Positions 38,705-49,008 of a stretch of 64,000 nucleotides of DNA are shown here, piece after piece. The translations under genes were made by a program, and so were the position numbers. The stretch spans positions 3,872,001 through 3,936,000 of the forward strand of contig CAXXLX010000001.1 in assembly GCA_963665235.2 (NCBI GenBank). Reading direction: 5' to 3'. Position 1 is the stretch's first letter. Every line of letters begins with the position of its first letter. The notes beneath the pieces are model-generated. The model ran no database searches. It was not told the DNA's origin and saw nothing but the letters and a program-made list of their open reading frames with translations. The DNA comes from Candidatus Poribacteria bacterium (GTDB lineage: Bacteria; Poribacteria; WGA-4E; WGA-3G).

Positions 38705-39500
38705 ATGAAAAGGTTGAAAATAATCAGCATCGCTGCGGTGATGCTTTGTTCCCTTGTGCTAATCGTGCCCCATAGCAGTCAGGCAGCGTCTATCACATCG
38801 CTGTCTGTCAATGCGAGTCCGGATTACGGAGGCGGCGGGTCCACCTGCGCGCGTCTGACCGCGGATGAAGACATCAGCTATATCGATTGGTATGTGAAAC
38901 AGACGTATCCGGCAGATGAGGTAGATAATAATTGGACACGGATCCATACGAGTATGCACCCCACTGGCACAAGAAGTGTCTCTGTCGGCATCGGTTCTCT
39001 TGACGGTCACATCAAGATCGCCGAGTATGATATAAAGGCAGAGGTTAAGTTTTCGGTTGCCTCTGACACTAGCACGACTACGACCTCTGTCTATAAACCT
39101 GTTTTTGATAGTAGCGGATACCAAGAAACCGGTGTGTACGGTTATTCGGAATTTGACAGCTCATTACTTTAATGGGACAGCCATTGTCATGGATGGGTTT
39201 GTCTGGGCATATAACGGAACCGGTAAGATAGCATTAGGTTTCGGGAGGTTCAGACATACAGCCGAAGGCAAAGAGGCGTTAGAAAACGACTTGCCATTTG
39301 AAAACTTTAAAGACGGCAAACTTTACGGTTATGGCACCAGTCATTGGGGCACTTACTTCAATTTCCACACCGGCGGAGATATAAAGAGAGGTGTCGAGTG
39401 GGTGTGTGAAGCGTATCTTCGGCTCAAAGTGTCGCAAAGGGTAACAGATGACTGGTTCGCGGGTGATACAAATACGTTTGACCATGAAGATAATAGATAA
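38705..39500 (+). pseudogene. Secreted hypothetical protein split by a one-base frameshift (ORFs 38705..39172 and 39057..39500)
   Basis: Signal peptide, AGGAG RBS; removing one T at ~39152-39154 gives ...GYSELTAHYFNG... continuing to 39500, co-linear with the 18183..19043 paralog. Confidence 0.65.
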
Positions 39501-39558
39501 ACCGATTCTAATGGCAGGGGACACGTGCCCCTGCCACGCTTTTTTAAGGAGTATAACC

Positions 39559-40584
39559 ATGCGGTTACGAAAAATCAGTTTGCTTTGTCTACTGCTGTTT
39601 CTGCTGTTTGGGACAGTAGCAGATGCGAAAATCGTTTTTGGCTCAAAACGCGATGGTGTGAAAGGTATCTATGTGATGGATGACGATGGTAGCAACGAGA
39701 CGCTTCTCTTAGAAGGGAACCGCTGGTACCCATTCCCTTGGTGCTGGTCTCCAGACGGTCAACACATCCTGTGTGAGGATACAAATGGAGACCCATCTTT
39801 GATGCGTCCAGATGGCACAAACATCCGGAAACTGAAAGTTCCCGATAAAGCGTCCATCGGTAGGATGTCATTTTCACCTGACAGCAAATCTATCGTTTTT
39901 AATATGAGAGTGGAAATAGACGACAAAGAGAAAAAGAGCGTCAACGTGTTCAATATAGAAACGGGGGAAACGAAAAAAATAGCGGATGTTGTTGCGAGCC
40001 TCTGTGATTGGTCTCCCGATGGCGAGTTAATTGTTTACTCAGCTCAACCTGTGGCCGGCGAACCGGTAGGTGGGACGCTTTGGATAATGGACTCGGATGG
40101 TCGTAACTCACGAAAACTGCTGCCCCCGCCCATAAGAGGACGCTTCAAAGCCCCGCGCTGGTCGCCGGATGGCAAACACATCGTCTATCTTCATGACGAG
40201 TATGTGTGGGAGCGACCCCATGAACTTGCAGCACTTACGCTCATCTACAAGGCGCATCGATATCTGATTTGTGATCGGAATGGGGAGCACATCAAACAAC
40301 TCCTAATACCGAAAGACTGGCGCCCCTTACAAATTGACTGGATGGATGATGGGGAATCGGTTGTTTTCAGTGCGTATGTCGGGCTTGAGCTAAACAAACC
40401 GGCACCGCCGCTGGATCAGTTCCCTCCGGCTAATATCTATAAGTATCACATTCGGACAGGTGTGAGAACACAGCTAACAAACCATCCAGGTAAGGATGGG
40501 ACAATAGATTGGATAAGCGATGATGTATTGCCTGTATTCCCACAGGGGAAAAAAAAAGTAACGTGGGGGGCGATTAAGGAGTAA
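39559..40584 (+). CDS. Secreted TolB-like (PD40 repeat) protein with conserved C-terminal tail
   Basis: ATG at 39559 after AAGGAG; AKIVF, IYVMDDDG, WSPDG x3; ends VFPQGKKKVTWGAIKE. Confidence 0.85.
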   Translation: MRLRKISLLCLLLFLLFGTVADAKIVFGSKRDGVKGIYVMDDDGSNETLLLEGNRWYPFPWCWSPDGQHILCEDTNGDPSLMRPDGTNIRKLKVPDKASIGRMSFSPDSKSIVFNMRVEIDDKEKKSVNVFNIETGETKKIADVVASLCDWSPDGELIVYSAQPVAGEPVGGTLWIMDSDGRNSRKLLPPPIRGRFKAPRWSPDGKHIVYLHDEYVWERPHELAALTLIYKAHRYLICDRNGEHIKQLLIPKDWRPLQIDWMDDGESVVFSAYVGLELNKPAPPLDQFPPANIYKYHIRTGVRTQLTNHPGKDGTIDWISDDVLPVFPQGKKKVTWGAIKE

Positions 40585-40725
40585 AGTCGTAATCAGTAGC
40601 GATTAGCAATTAGCAATTAGCAAGAGGAAGAGGTCTCTGACACGCGTCAAAGCGTTCATTAGAAGGACAACATCTTGCCAACTGCCAACTGCCAATTAGC
40701 ATAAGGCAAAAAAACGCAACTTGTC

Positions 40726-41559
40726 CTACTCTGAATTGCTGTTCATTTTGAGGGCTGCCATGCTTCTAAGATTCAACAGCGGTGTCATTACCCCGCCAGA
40801 AGCGGGAAGGACAACCCCTGTATCGTAAAGTCTCATGGCAGCGATAGTTGCCTGTGCGACATCCTCCGGCGTGCCGGGGCGCACCATAAAAATGTACCCC
40901 TTTTCAGCCGCTTCCTCATAATCTGGGATTCGGACGCGCGACAGGTCCGTGTCAATTACGCCCGCGGCAATACCGTTCACCTTAATCCCGTGTGAAGCCA
41001 ATCGGCCCGCGTAGGCGCGCATGCTCATCTCCAACCCCGCTTTTGAGATGCAGTACGCGGTGCGGTTATCGGATGCCATCGTGTCGGAAATTGAGAGCGT
41101 ATAAATAATACACCCCCGAATAGCGTTGTCGACCATGTAATTTGCAACCTGTTGTGTGAGGAAGTGCGGTGCCTTCAGATTTGTGTTGACGAGTAGGTCG
41201 AACTGTTCAGGGGTTTCCTCGAGAATGTCAGCGATTCGAGTGATACCCGCATTGTTAATGAGGATATTGACCTTTCCGAAGGCGTTGCAGGCGGTGTCAA
41301 GCAGTTTTGCGTGCCCATCAAGGTCGCTAATATCCGCTTGGACGATAACCGCCTTTCTGCCGAGGGCTTCCACTTCACGTTGAACCGTTTGAGCCGCGTC
41401 TCGATTTTGGTTGTAGTTGATAAGCACGTCCGCGCCTTGCCGTGCCAATTCAATAGCGATGGCGCGTCCGATGCCTCGGCTTGCCCCTGTTACAATTGCT
41501 GCACTGTCCTCAAACGAAACATCTGTTTCAAAAAATCCGAGGTCCGTGTGTGTTGCCAT
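40726..41559 (-). CDS. SDR family oxidoreductase
   Basis: TGASRGIG, NNAG, YCISK. Confidence 0.9.
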   Translation of the reverse strand: MATHTDLGFFETDVSFEDSAAIVTGASRGIGRAIAIELARQGADVLINYNQNRDAAQTVQREVEALGRKAVIVQADISDLDGHAKLLDTACNAFGKVNILINNAGITRIADILEETPEQFDLLVNTNLKAPHFLTQQVANYMVDNAIRGCIIYTLSISDTMASDNRTAYCISKAGLEMSMRAYAGRLASHGIKVNGIAAGVIDTDLSRVRIPDYEEAAEKGYIFMVRPGTPEDVAQATIAAMRLYDTGVVLPASGGVMTPLLNLRSMAALKMNSNSE

Positions 41560-41589
41560 ATTACTCCTCCTTAATCAAAAATGTGAATT

Positions 41590-42534
41590 TTAGATATCCT
41601 CCGCTTGCTGTGCAAGTCGGTCTGTGAACGTCCTCAGTTCTTGAGAGACGTTTGCGAAGAGCTCTCCAATAGCCTTTGCATGTGCTTCGGTTTTGTCATA
41701 CTCTATTTCACTGCCGTAGATATTTCGGACCTTGTGTCGGAAGTCCAAGAGTGCTTCCAGCAGTGGATATGTCTTTTCAGAAATTACGGGGGGTCTTTCA
41801 GGCTGTTTTTTTGTCATCTGTTCGAGCAGGTCTTTATGCCATCTACTCCCGCCCGGCAGCTGGGCATCGACTTCTCGTGCAATCCGTTCAAAGATTCGCT
41901 CTAAGCCATTGGAGATATCGGCCAGGTCGTTAGCGATTGACCTCTCTATATACTCTTTGATATCGACAGGAGCTGTCTCAATTACCTCCAAACCTCTCTG
42001 TATCCTTGCAAGCGTTTCCGAAATCTTTGTGAGTTCATCGTTGATGCGTTGTGTGAGTTTTTTTCTCTTCACTTCGTAGATGTCGGTCCCCTTAATTGGA
42101 AAACCGTGTTGTTGTGTCTGCGACAATGTGTGTTGTGCACCTCTTTTAATCGGTATCGCCTGCTGTTGGAGTCTTTTTCGGAAGAGTCCCTTAGATGTCT
42201 CGAAGTGAATCAGGTCTATTTTGAACCCTGTCTTCATATCTATGGCCTGATATTTAGCCTCCGTGTGCGCGTCATCGGAGAGACCCCATACGGCAATATC
42301 TATATCCGAGGACGTTGTAAACCCGATGGGTTCCGAAAGTGAACCGAAGACAGCAACCTGTGTCGCACCGAACTGTTCATAAAGCAGTGCAGCAACCTGA
42401 TGTGCAGCGTGCCATGCGCGGTTTAGCAGCGCGTCATCTACTGCCCTGTTTTTCCATCTGCGTTCCAGCTGCTTTCTGCAAGCGGCAAGGGCAGCAGGCG
42501 ACATCTCTACTATTGCATGATTTAATTTTGACAC
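41590..42534 (-). CDS. Fused minimal nucleotidyltransferase (MNT) + HepT-like HEPN protein
   Basis: VFGSL...SDIDIAV...KIDL MNT motif; C-terminal ERIFERIA...WHKDLL.QM...FRHKVRNIYG HEPN-like domain. Confidence 0.75.
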   Translation of the reverse strand: MSKLNHAIVEMSPAALAACRKQLERRWKNRAVDDALLNRAWHAAHQVAALLYEQFGATQVAVFGSLSEPIGFTTSSDIDIAVWGLSDDAHTEAKYQAIDMKTGFKIDLIHFETSKGLFRKRLQQQAIPIKRGAQHTLSQTQQHGFPIKGTDIYEVKRKKLTQRINDELTKISETLARIQRGLEVIETAPVDIKEYIERSIANDLADISNGLERIFERIAREVDAQLPGGSRWHKDLLEQMTKKQPERPPVISEKTYPLLEALLDFRHKVRNIYGSEIEYDKTEAHAKAIGELFANVSQELRTFTDRLAQQAEDI

Positions 42535-42536
42535 GA

Positions 42537-43535
42537 CTATACTCCTTGCAATTCTAACGTTTCACTTAGGTGACACGCCACCTTAGCCCCGGGGGTAATT
42601 TCGCGAAGTTCCGGTGTTTCCTGTTTACAGATATCGGTTGCATAACGGCACCGTGGATGAAAATGGCATCCTGTTGGGGGTTGGGAGGGGTCCGGGACAT
42701 CCCCCTCAAGCCGAATCTGTTGACGTTTGCGTTGCAGGTTCGGGTCTGGTAGCGGGACAGCAGAAATTAACGCTTCTGTGTAGGGATGCTTGGGAGAGTG
42801 GTAAAGCACCTCCGCAGTGCTAATCTCCACAATTCTGCCGAGGTACATGACCGCAACGCGGTCACTGATATGTTCAACGACGCTCAAGTCGTGAGCGATA
42901 AAGATATAGGAGAGGTTGAACTTTTCGCGAAGCTCCACTAAAAGGTTGAGAATTTGTGCTTGCACTGAGACATCAAGGGCAGACACCGGTTCATCAGCGA
43001 TAATAAGTTCCGGTTGAAGTGCCAACGCACGCGCAATACCGATACGTTGACGTTGTCCGCCACTGAAGGCATGTGGATAGCGGTGCATATCCTGCGGTGT
43101 CAAACCGACAGATTCCAGCAGTTCAACGATTCGGGTCTGGAGCTCTTTCCCTTTTGCGATACGATTGATACGCATCGGTTCACCGACAATATCTCCTACA
43201 GTCATTCGTGGGTTGAGTGAGGCGTGTGGGTCTTGGAAGATTAGCTGCATGCGTCTGCGAAAAGGCAACATCTCGCGATGTGTCAATTTTGTAAGGTCCA
43301 CCCCCGCGTCTCCAAAGGTGAAGCTGCCGCTTGAAGCCGGAATTAACCGGAGCAGACATCTCCCTGTGGTTGTTTTCCCGCATCCGCTTTCACCGACAAG
43401 CCCGAGCGTTTCCCCGCGGTGCACATCGAAACTGACACCATCCACAGCCTTCACATATCCGATGGGACGTCGAAGAATACCTCTCCGAATTGGAAAATAT
43501 TTTTTAAGATTTTTGACATCAAGGATTTTCGGCAT
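42537..43535 (-). CDS. Oligopeptide/dipeptide ABC transporter ATP-binding subunit (OppF/DppF-like)
   Basis: [33 protein letters not shown]. Confidence 0.92.
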   Translation of the reverse strand: MPKILDVKNLKKYFPIRRGILRRPIGYVKAVDGVSFDVHRGETLGLVGESGCGKTTTGRCLLRLIPASSGSFTFGDAGVDLTKLTHREMLPFRRRMQLIFQDPHASLNPRMTVGDIVGEPMRINRIAKGKELQTRIVELLESVGLTPQDMHRYPHAFSGGQRQRIGIARALALQPELIIADEPVSALDVSVQAQILNLLVELREKFNLSYIFIAHDLSVVEHISDRVAVMYLGRIVEISTAEVLYHSPKHPYTEALISAVPLPDPNLQRKRQQIRLEGDVPDPSQPPTGCHFHPRCRYATDICKQETPELREITPGAKVACHLSETLELQGV

Positions 43536-44583
43536 CGATTTTTTCCTCGTAAAGCCAGCATCTTACCGTGTGTCGCGTGTTTTCGGGATTAACCACGTCT
43601 AACTGGGGCATCTTTGTGCATTCGGGTTTATGTTCGGAACATCGCGGTTGAAACGAGCACCCTTCAGGCAGTGCTAACGGGTGTGGCACTGTGCCGGGAA
43701 TAGTGGCTAAAGTTTTCTTCGTATTATTTTCCCCGAGAATAGGAATGGACTGGAGCAATCCGCGGGTATAAGGGTGCAACGGGTTATAGAAGATATCATC
43801 AACACTGCCCTTTTCTACAACGCGGCCTGCGTACATGACAACGACCTCATCAGCTATGTCTGCAATAACCCCTAGGTCGTGTGTAATCAGTATAATCGCC
43901 ATTCCCATTTCGGTTTGAAGTTCCTGCATGAGTGCCAGCACTTGTGCCTGAATGGTAACATCCAGTGCTGTGGTCGGTTCATCAGCGATAAGGAGTGCTG
44001 GCGAGCAGCAGAGTGCCATGGCAATCATGACGCGCTGCCGCATGCCGCCAGAGAGCTGGTGCGGATATTCGTCAGCGCGTTGTGCCGGGGCGGGTATGCC
44101 GACGCGTGTGAGCATCTCAATTGCGCGCTCGCGGGCCCATTTTGGCGTAGTTTTCACGGTTCGCAAACGGGCAAACGACGACTTTTTACCCGCTTCATGC
44201 AGCACAATCGCTTCTGCAATCTGGTCTCCGACCGTATACACAGGATTGAGCGATGTCATCGGCTCTTGAAAGATGATAGCGATTTCGTTCCCACGGATGT
44301 CGCGCATCAACTCGCTTCGGGGTGATACCTGTGCAATATCGAGCGGTTCATCAATGCCCTCCCGGTAAAATCGAATTGCCCCTGCTTCAATCTGCCCCGG
44401 CGGGGGAACGAGTTGCAGTAGGGATAACCCGGTGACGCTTTTCCCGCAGCCGCTTTCACCGACAACCCCGACAGTTTGGCCGCGCGCGACCGAAAAGCTG
44501 ACATCGTTCACAGCGTTTACGGGCCCGTTGTCCGTGGGGAATACTGTCTTTAATCCAGAAATTTCAAGTAGAGGTTGCGCCAA
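43519..44583 (-). CDS. Oligopeptide/dipeptide ABC transporter ATP-binding subunit (OppD/DppD-like)
   Basis: [31 protein letters not shown]. Confidence 0.92.
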   Translation of the reverse strand: MAQPLLEISGLKTVFPTDNGPVNAVNDVSFSVARGQTVGVVGESGCGKSVTGLSLLQLVPPPGQIEAGAIRFYREGIDEPLDIAQVSPRSELMRDIRGNEIAIIFQEPMTSLNPVYTVGDQIAEAIVLHEAGKKSSFARLRTVKTTPKWARERAIEMLTRVGIPAPAQRADEYPHQLSGGMRQRVMIAMALCCSPALLIADEPTTALDVTIQAQVLALMQELQTEMGMAIILITHDLGVIADIADEVVVMYAGRVVEKGSVDDIFYNPLHPYTRGLLQSIPILGENNTKKTLATIPGTVPHPLALPEGCSFQPRCSEHKPECTKMPQLDVVNPENTRHTVRCWLYEEKIDAENP

Positions 44584-44642
44584 TTTTTTATTTCCGATGT
44601 ATGTATTTTACAGCAATCAGGACTTACGCAAATTATGTTGTC

Positions 44643-45323
44643 CTACAGTTTCGTTTTAATGTCGTTCCAGAAGAGGGCAAGTTTTCGGTCTGAAGTGCCT
44701 GCAAGCTGCAGGTCAACCGTTTCCAGTGCAGTACCGATAGACTTTGCACGCCACATTTTTGCCGCCGTTGTACTAAAGAATTGACTAGGCAGGGCCATAT
44801 CATTCTTTGTTAGCGTTCGGTGTATCAGGGGACTGTCCGTTTTCAGTATTCTATTTTTCAGGGAGCCCCAAGACGCGGCAGAGACTCGTATCTGTTGTAG
44901 TCGTGCTTCTTGCATGGTGCTTAAGCCGGTGTCCTGTTCCGGTGTGCTGGTAAAGAACGCAAGTTTCACAAGGAAAACCGATGCGAGCATGTAAAAGAGC
45001 AGGGCCGCGTAATTCACAAACTGTGGTGAAATTTTTAACCTCAGTTTGTCAACAACCCATGACATAGGGTTGGCAAAGAAAGCAACCTGCTGCTGCTTAT
45101 GCGCGGTCCGAATCTGTTGCTGGATTTTCTCAGCTAAATCGGGCGGGGGTATCGGTGTCTCAACATTATCAAGCAGTGCTGCAGTGTGCCATAAACCTTC
45201 ATATTCAATTTGACACGGCTCACAGTGCCGCAGGTGTTCTAAGAATTCACGCCGATTTGCCCCTTTTAAAACGGTATCTTGCCGATGTAAAACCAGATTT
45301 TGACGAGTCATTTCACAATTCAT
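44643..45323 (-). CDS. Zinc-binding (zf-HC2) anti-sigma factor
   Basis: C at position 3, HLRHCEPC (HxxxCxxC), one TM; directly downstream of an ECF sigma gene. Confidence 0.8.
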   Translation of the reverse strand: MNCEMTRQNLVLHRQDTVLKGANRREFLEHLRHCEPCQIEYEGLWHTAALLDNVETPIPPPDLAEKIQQQIRTAHKQQQVAFFANPMSWVVDKLRLKISPQFVNYAALLFYMLASVFLVKLAFFTSTPEQDTGLSTMQEARLQQIRVSAASWGSLKNRILKTDSPLIHRTLTKNDMALPSQFFSTTAAKMWRAKSIGTALETVDLQLAGTSDRKLALFWNDIKTKL

Positions 45324-45367
45324 TGTCCAAACCTCCGTTTTTAGAGAGAGAACGAATGACTGTTCCT

Positions 45368-45925
45368 TCAGAGATAGTATTTTTCAAGTTTTTCCTTCAA
45401 AGTTTTCAACGCCTGATTTAATCGAGAGGCAACGGTGCCTTCAGAACAATCCAGTATTTCAGCAATCTCCCGATATTTGAGGTGTTGCATATAATAAAGT
45501 GTCACAACCTCGCGTTGCTTCGGCGGCAAGCAGTTAATAGCAGCCTGTACGACCTGGTTCCGCTCCGTTTTAAGCACAGTTCTATCGGGTATTTCTGCTT
45601 CGGACGTTGCCTCTTGGACATCAACCTCTTCGGTGTAGGCGGCTACTATTTCGTCACGGCGCGTCGCTCTACGAAGGGTTTGATTGCATGTGTTTATACC
45701 GATTTTATACAACCAAGTACCGAATTTCGACTGGAATTGAAATGCCTTAATTGCTTTGTAAGCCGCTAAGAACGTTTCTTGGGTTGCATCTTGGGCATCT
45801 TCGGCATTGCCGAGTATCCGGTATGCAAGCCCATAAATTTTAGTGTAATGGCGATTGACCAATTCGTTAAATGCCTCGACATCGCCCTCCACTGTTTTGT
45901 GCACGTAGACATCATCAGGTATCAT
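45368..45925 (-). CDS. ECF sigma-70 family RNA polymerase sigma factor
   Basis: DAQDATQETF, FGTWLYKI, YREIAEIL...GTVASRL. Confidence 0.92.
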   Translation of the reverse strand: MIPDDVYVHKTVEGDVEAFNELVNRHYTKIYGLAYRILGNAEDAQDATQETFLAAYKAIKAFQFQSKFGTWLYKIGINTCNQTLRRATRRDEIVAAYTEEVDVQEATSEAEIPDRTVLKTERNQVVQAAINCLPPKQREVVTLYYMQHLKYREIAEILDCSEGTVASRLNQALKTLKEKLEKYYL

Positions 45926-46006
45926 AAAAATCCACCTTGCGCAATTTTTCAGATGTTAAATAGTTTGTTGCATCTGCCTTCAGTTTTCTTCATTTTTTTT
46001 ACCGAC

Positions 46007-46555
46007 CTACCCTTCAGAGGGTTCACATGCCTCACAAATTAGGGCGAAACGTTTGCTGCCTTGTGTTTGAAACTCGGTTTCATAATCATAGCTGACCGGG
46101 ACGTTTGCCTTACCGCACCAATCGCAGCGTCCGGAAAAGGTGTGTGCTTTCTGTGCTAACAGTGCTGCTTTCTGTTCCTCCACTTTCCGGGTGGCGGCAA
46201 TAAGGTCGAGGGCGCGTTGGCGTAACGCTGGGTCCGTTTCTGTTTTGGCAATTTTTTCAAGCAGCGGTTTAAGCCTCGGGTCGTTTGGATTTCCGCCATC
46301 GTCAAGCGTGTGCCATGCAGCTTTGCGGACACGCAAATCCGAATCCACTAGCCCTTTGTACAGTGCTACCCAGACAGCATCGATACGTTTCCGAACGTGA
46401 CATGGGCAGAGGTTTTCCATTGCTAGTGCACGGTCTTTGGGATTTTCGGCATAAGCAAGCGCGAGATAGTAGTCTACCTCGTTGCCCCGCAAACGGTTTT
46501 CGCGTCTGCGATGTGCCCGTTTCTGATGTCTGTTCATGCTATTTTTCTTCGCCAT
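46007..46555 (-). CDS. HEAT-repeat protein with CPCH motif and C-terminal CxxC...CxxC
   Basis: LCPCH, D.DLRVRKAA, D.ALRQRA, CDWC...CEAC. Confidence 0.7.
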   Translation of the reverse strand: MAKKNSMNRHQKRAHRRRENRLRGNEVDYYLALAYAENPKDRALAMENLCPCHVRKRIDAVWVALYKGLVDSDLRVRKAAWHTLDDGGNPNDPRLKPLLEKIAKTETDPALRQRALDLIAATRKVEEQKAALLAQKAHTFSGRCDWCGKANVPVSYDYETEFQTQGSKRFALICEACEPSEG

Positions 46556-46998
46556 CTGGTACCTCCACTTTTAAAATTATAGCATGAATTTCACGGTTTC
46601 TCAACAAATTTGGCAGGGCCATTTAGTTTTCCAGATTCACTATATATATATGTATATTTTCCTCTGTAGGAGCGTGTTTTGCACGCGACACATTATATCA
46701 CATACCGACACGGACAAACGAGGGGGGTCGCAATATAGGAAACCCGTAAGCACCCGTATTTGGGAAACCCCCAGCCCGTTCCTTCCTATCGCGTGCGAAG
46801 CACGCTCCTACAGAAGAGGTTTTTTGAAAAAACCTGCGGAAAATATGGAGAACTAAATAGCCCTGTGGAGAGCTACACGGTAGGTTGACATATCAGCACA
46901 AAATATTTACACACCCTATTCCCTATCAAAATTCCTGCTTGCTAATTATCTTCGATTGTGATAATATTGTCATAAAATTTCAAAGGAGACACACAACT

Positions 46999-47868
46999 AT
47001 GTTTAAACTCGGCGTTATCGGTGATGAGGTCTCGCAAGACTTCGCCACCGTAGTCAATTTTGTAAAAGAATATAACCTGGACTCCATCGAAGTTCGTTCG
47101 GTGTGGGATAAACAGCCCCATCAACTCACGGATACCGACATAGATACTATGAAACGGCTGCTGGATGGGACAGATATCGAAATTATTGGGGTCGCTTCAC
47201 CTTTCTTCAAATGTGATATGGACAATGCACAGGACCGGAAGGAACATCTCGATATTCTGAAAGGATGTATCCGAACTGCAAAGGCGTTTGACACAAATCT
47301 GATTCGCACCTTCGTTTTTTGGGACACCGGGCAGACAGAGGAACGGTGGGACGAAATTATCGACGCTTACGATGAACCGTGCCGAATGGTTGACGGTGAA
47401 GGGATTGTCCTCGGTATGGAAAACGAATCCACTACCTCGCTTCGGACCGCTCAACTTACCGCGGAATTTATTGGAGAGCTCAATTCACCTAACGTCCGCG
47501 CTATCTGGGACCCCGCCAATGAGGCACACGCGCTGGATGGCGAAACCCCATACCCCGACGCATACAATCGACTCAAACCGACGATGATTCATGCACACCT
47601 CAAGGACGCAGCACCAAATCCGGATACCGGGGAGATGGAATCTGTGCCTGTCGGCGAGGGTGTTATTGACTGGCAAGGACAACTGCAAGCCTTCGTTGAT
47701 GATGGATATGAAGGACATCTCTGCCTCGAAACGCATTGGCGACCGTCTCTCAAAATTGACGATGAACTTCTCAATAAGCCGGGCGGACAAGCGTTCTCTG
47801 AAGCGGGGGAAGAAGCCTCGCGCATCTGTATCGAAAAATTGCAGGCGATGATTGAAAAATTGAGGTAA
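46999..47868 (+). CDS. Sugar phosphate isomerase/epimerase (AP endonuclease 2 TIM barrel)
   Basis: ATG at 46999 after AAGGAG; MENE, WDPAN, HAHLKD, GEGVIDW, LETH. Confidence 0.88.
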   Translation: MFKLGVIGDEVSQDFATVVNFVKEYNLDSIEVRSVWDKQPHQLTDTDIDTMKRLLDGTDIEIIGVASPFFKCDMDNAQDRKEHLDILKGCIRTAKAFDTNLIRTFVFWDTGQTEERWDEIIDAYDEPCRMVDGEGIVLGMENESTTSLRTAQLTAEFIGELNSPNVRAIWDPANEAHALDGETPYPDAYNRLKPTMIHAHLKDAAPNPDTGEMESVPVGEGVIDWQGQLQAFVDDGYEGHLCLETHWRPSLKIDDELLNKPGGQAFSEAGEEASRICIEKLQAMIEKLR

Positions 47869-47905
47869 ACGACACACACCATCGAATTTTAGGGGGAAAA
47901 AGTCA

Positions 47906-48991
47906 GTGAAAATTAAAGCGGTCCGGACCTCACTTTACGACATTCCACCGCAAGTCGAACGTGTTGATGCCATTCAAGCCTTTGTCTCTATGGAGTTTCC
48001 GTTCATTGAGATTGAAGATGTGGATGGTGTTATCGGCACCGGCTTCTCTTACACTATCGGCAAGGGTGGGGAAGCGATTAAACAGATTATGGATGCCTAT
48101 CTCACGCCTATCCTGCTTGAAGAGGATGCCGCGAACATCGACCGGATTTGGAACCGGATGTGGATGGAAACCCATTGGGTAGGGAGAGGCGGTATTGTCG
48201 GTTTAGGTATGGCAGCGGTAGACATTGCACTCTGGGATTTGATGGCAAAACGCGCGGAATTGCCGCTCTATCAACTGCTCGGCGGGGCAAGAGCGGCTGT
48301 CCCCGTTTACAATACCGATGGCGGTTGGTTACACCTCTCCGAAACCGAGCTCGTTAGACAATCCATAGAATTCGTGAAACAGGGGTTCAAAGGGATAAAG
48401 ATTAAGGTGGGACGCGACAGCCTACACGAGGATGTCGACCGAATCTTCGCTGTCAGAAACGCAATCGGACAAGAGCCCTACCTGATGATAGATGCAAACA
48501 TGAAGTGGAACGCACGCGAAGCTATTCAACTTGCATGTCGGGTGGAGGAAGCTGATATCTTCTGGTTTGAAGAACCGATTGAGGCGGACGATGTCGATAG
48601 CCACGTACTGTTGCGTGAAAAAACCACTATCCCAATTGCTGTCGGTGAAACGATTTACAATAAATATGTCTTTCAGGAATACATCGCACAAGGTGCGGCG
48701 GACATTCTACAACCGGACGCGGTGCGCGTCGGCGGTATTTCGGAATGGATGAAGGTGGCACATACAGCGGAATGCTTCGGGCTCTCTGTATCCCCCCATT
48801 TTCTGATGGATTTGCATGTACATCTCTCCGCAGCGGTACCGCATTCGCTCTTCGTGGAATATATCCCATCCCTGGACCCGGTGCTTAGCGATACTTTAAC
48901 GCTGGTAGATGGTCATTTTTCGCCGCCTGCTCGACCGGGACACGGCATTCTGTTCGATAAACAGAAGTTGGAAGAGTATAGGGTGTTATAG
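47906..48991 (+). CDS. Mandelate racemase/muconate lactonizing family enzyme
   Basis: VDIALWDL, KIKVG, DAN, EEP, GE, QPD. Confidence 0.88.
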   Translation: MKIKAVRTSLYDIPPQVERVDAIQAFVSMEFPFIEIEDVDGVIGTGFSYTIGKGGEAIKQIMDAYLTPILLEEDAANIDRIWNRMWMETHWVGRGGIVGLGMAAVDIALWDLMAKRAELPLYQLLGGARAAVPVYNTDGGWLHLSETELVRQSIEFVKQGFKGIKIKVGRDSLHEDVDRIFAVRNAIGQEPYLMIDANMKWNAREAIQLACRVEEADIFWFEEPIEADDVDSHVLLREKTTIPIAVGETIYNKYVFQEYIAQGAADILQPDAVRVGGISEWMKVAHTAECFGLSVSPHFLMDLHVHLSAAVPHSLFVEYIPSLDPVLSDTLTLVDGHFSPPARPGHGILFDKQKLEEYRVL

Positions 48992-49008
48992 GATTTCTCT
49001 TAGTCTAT

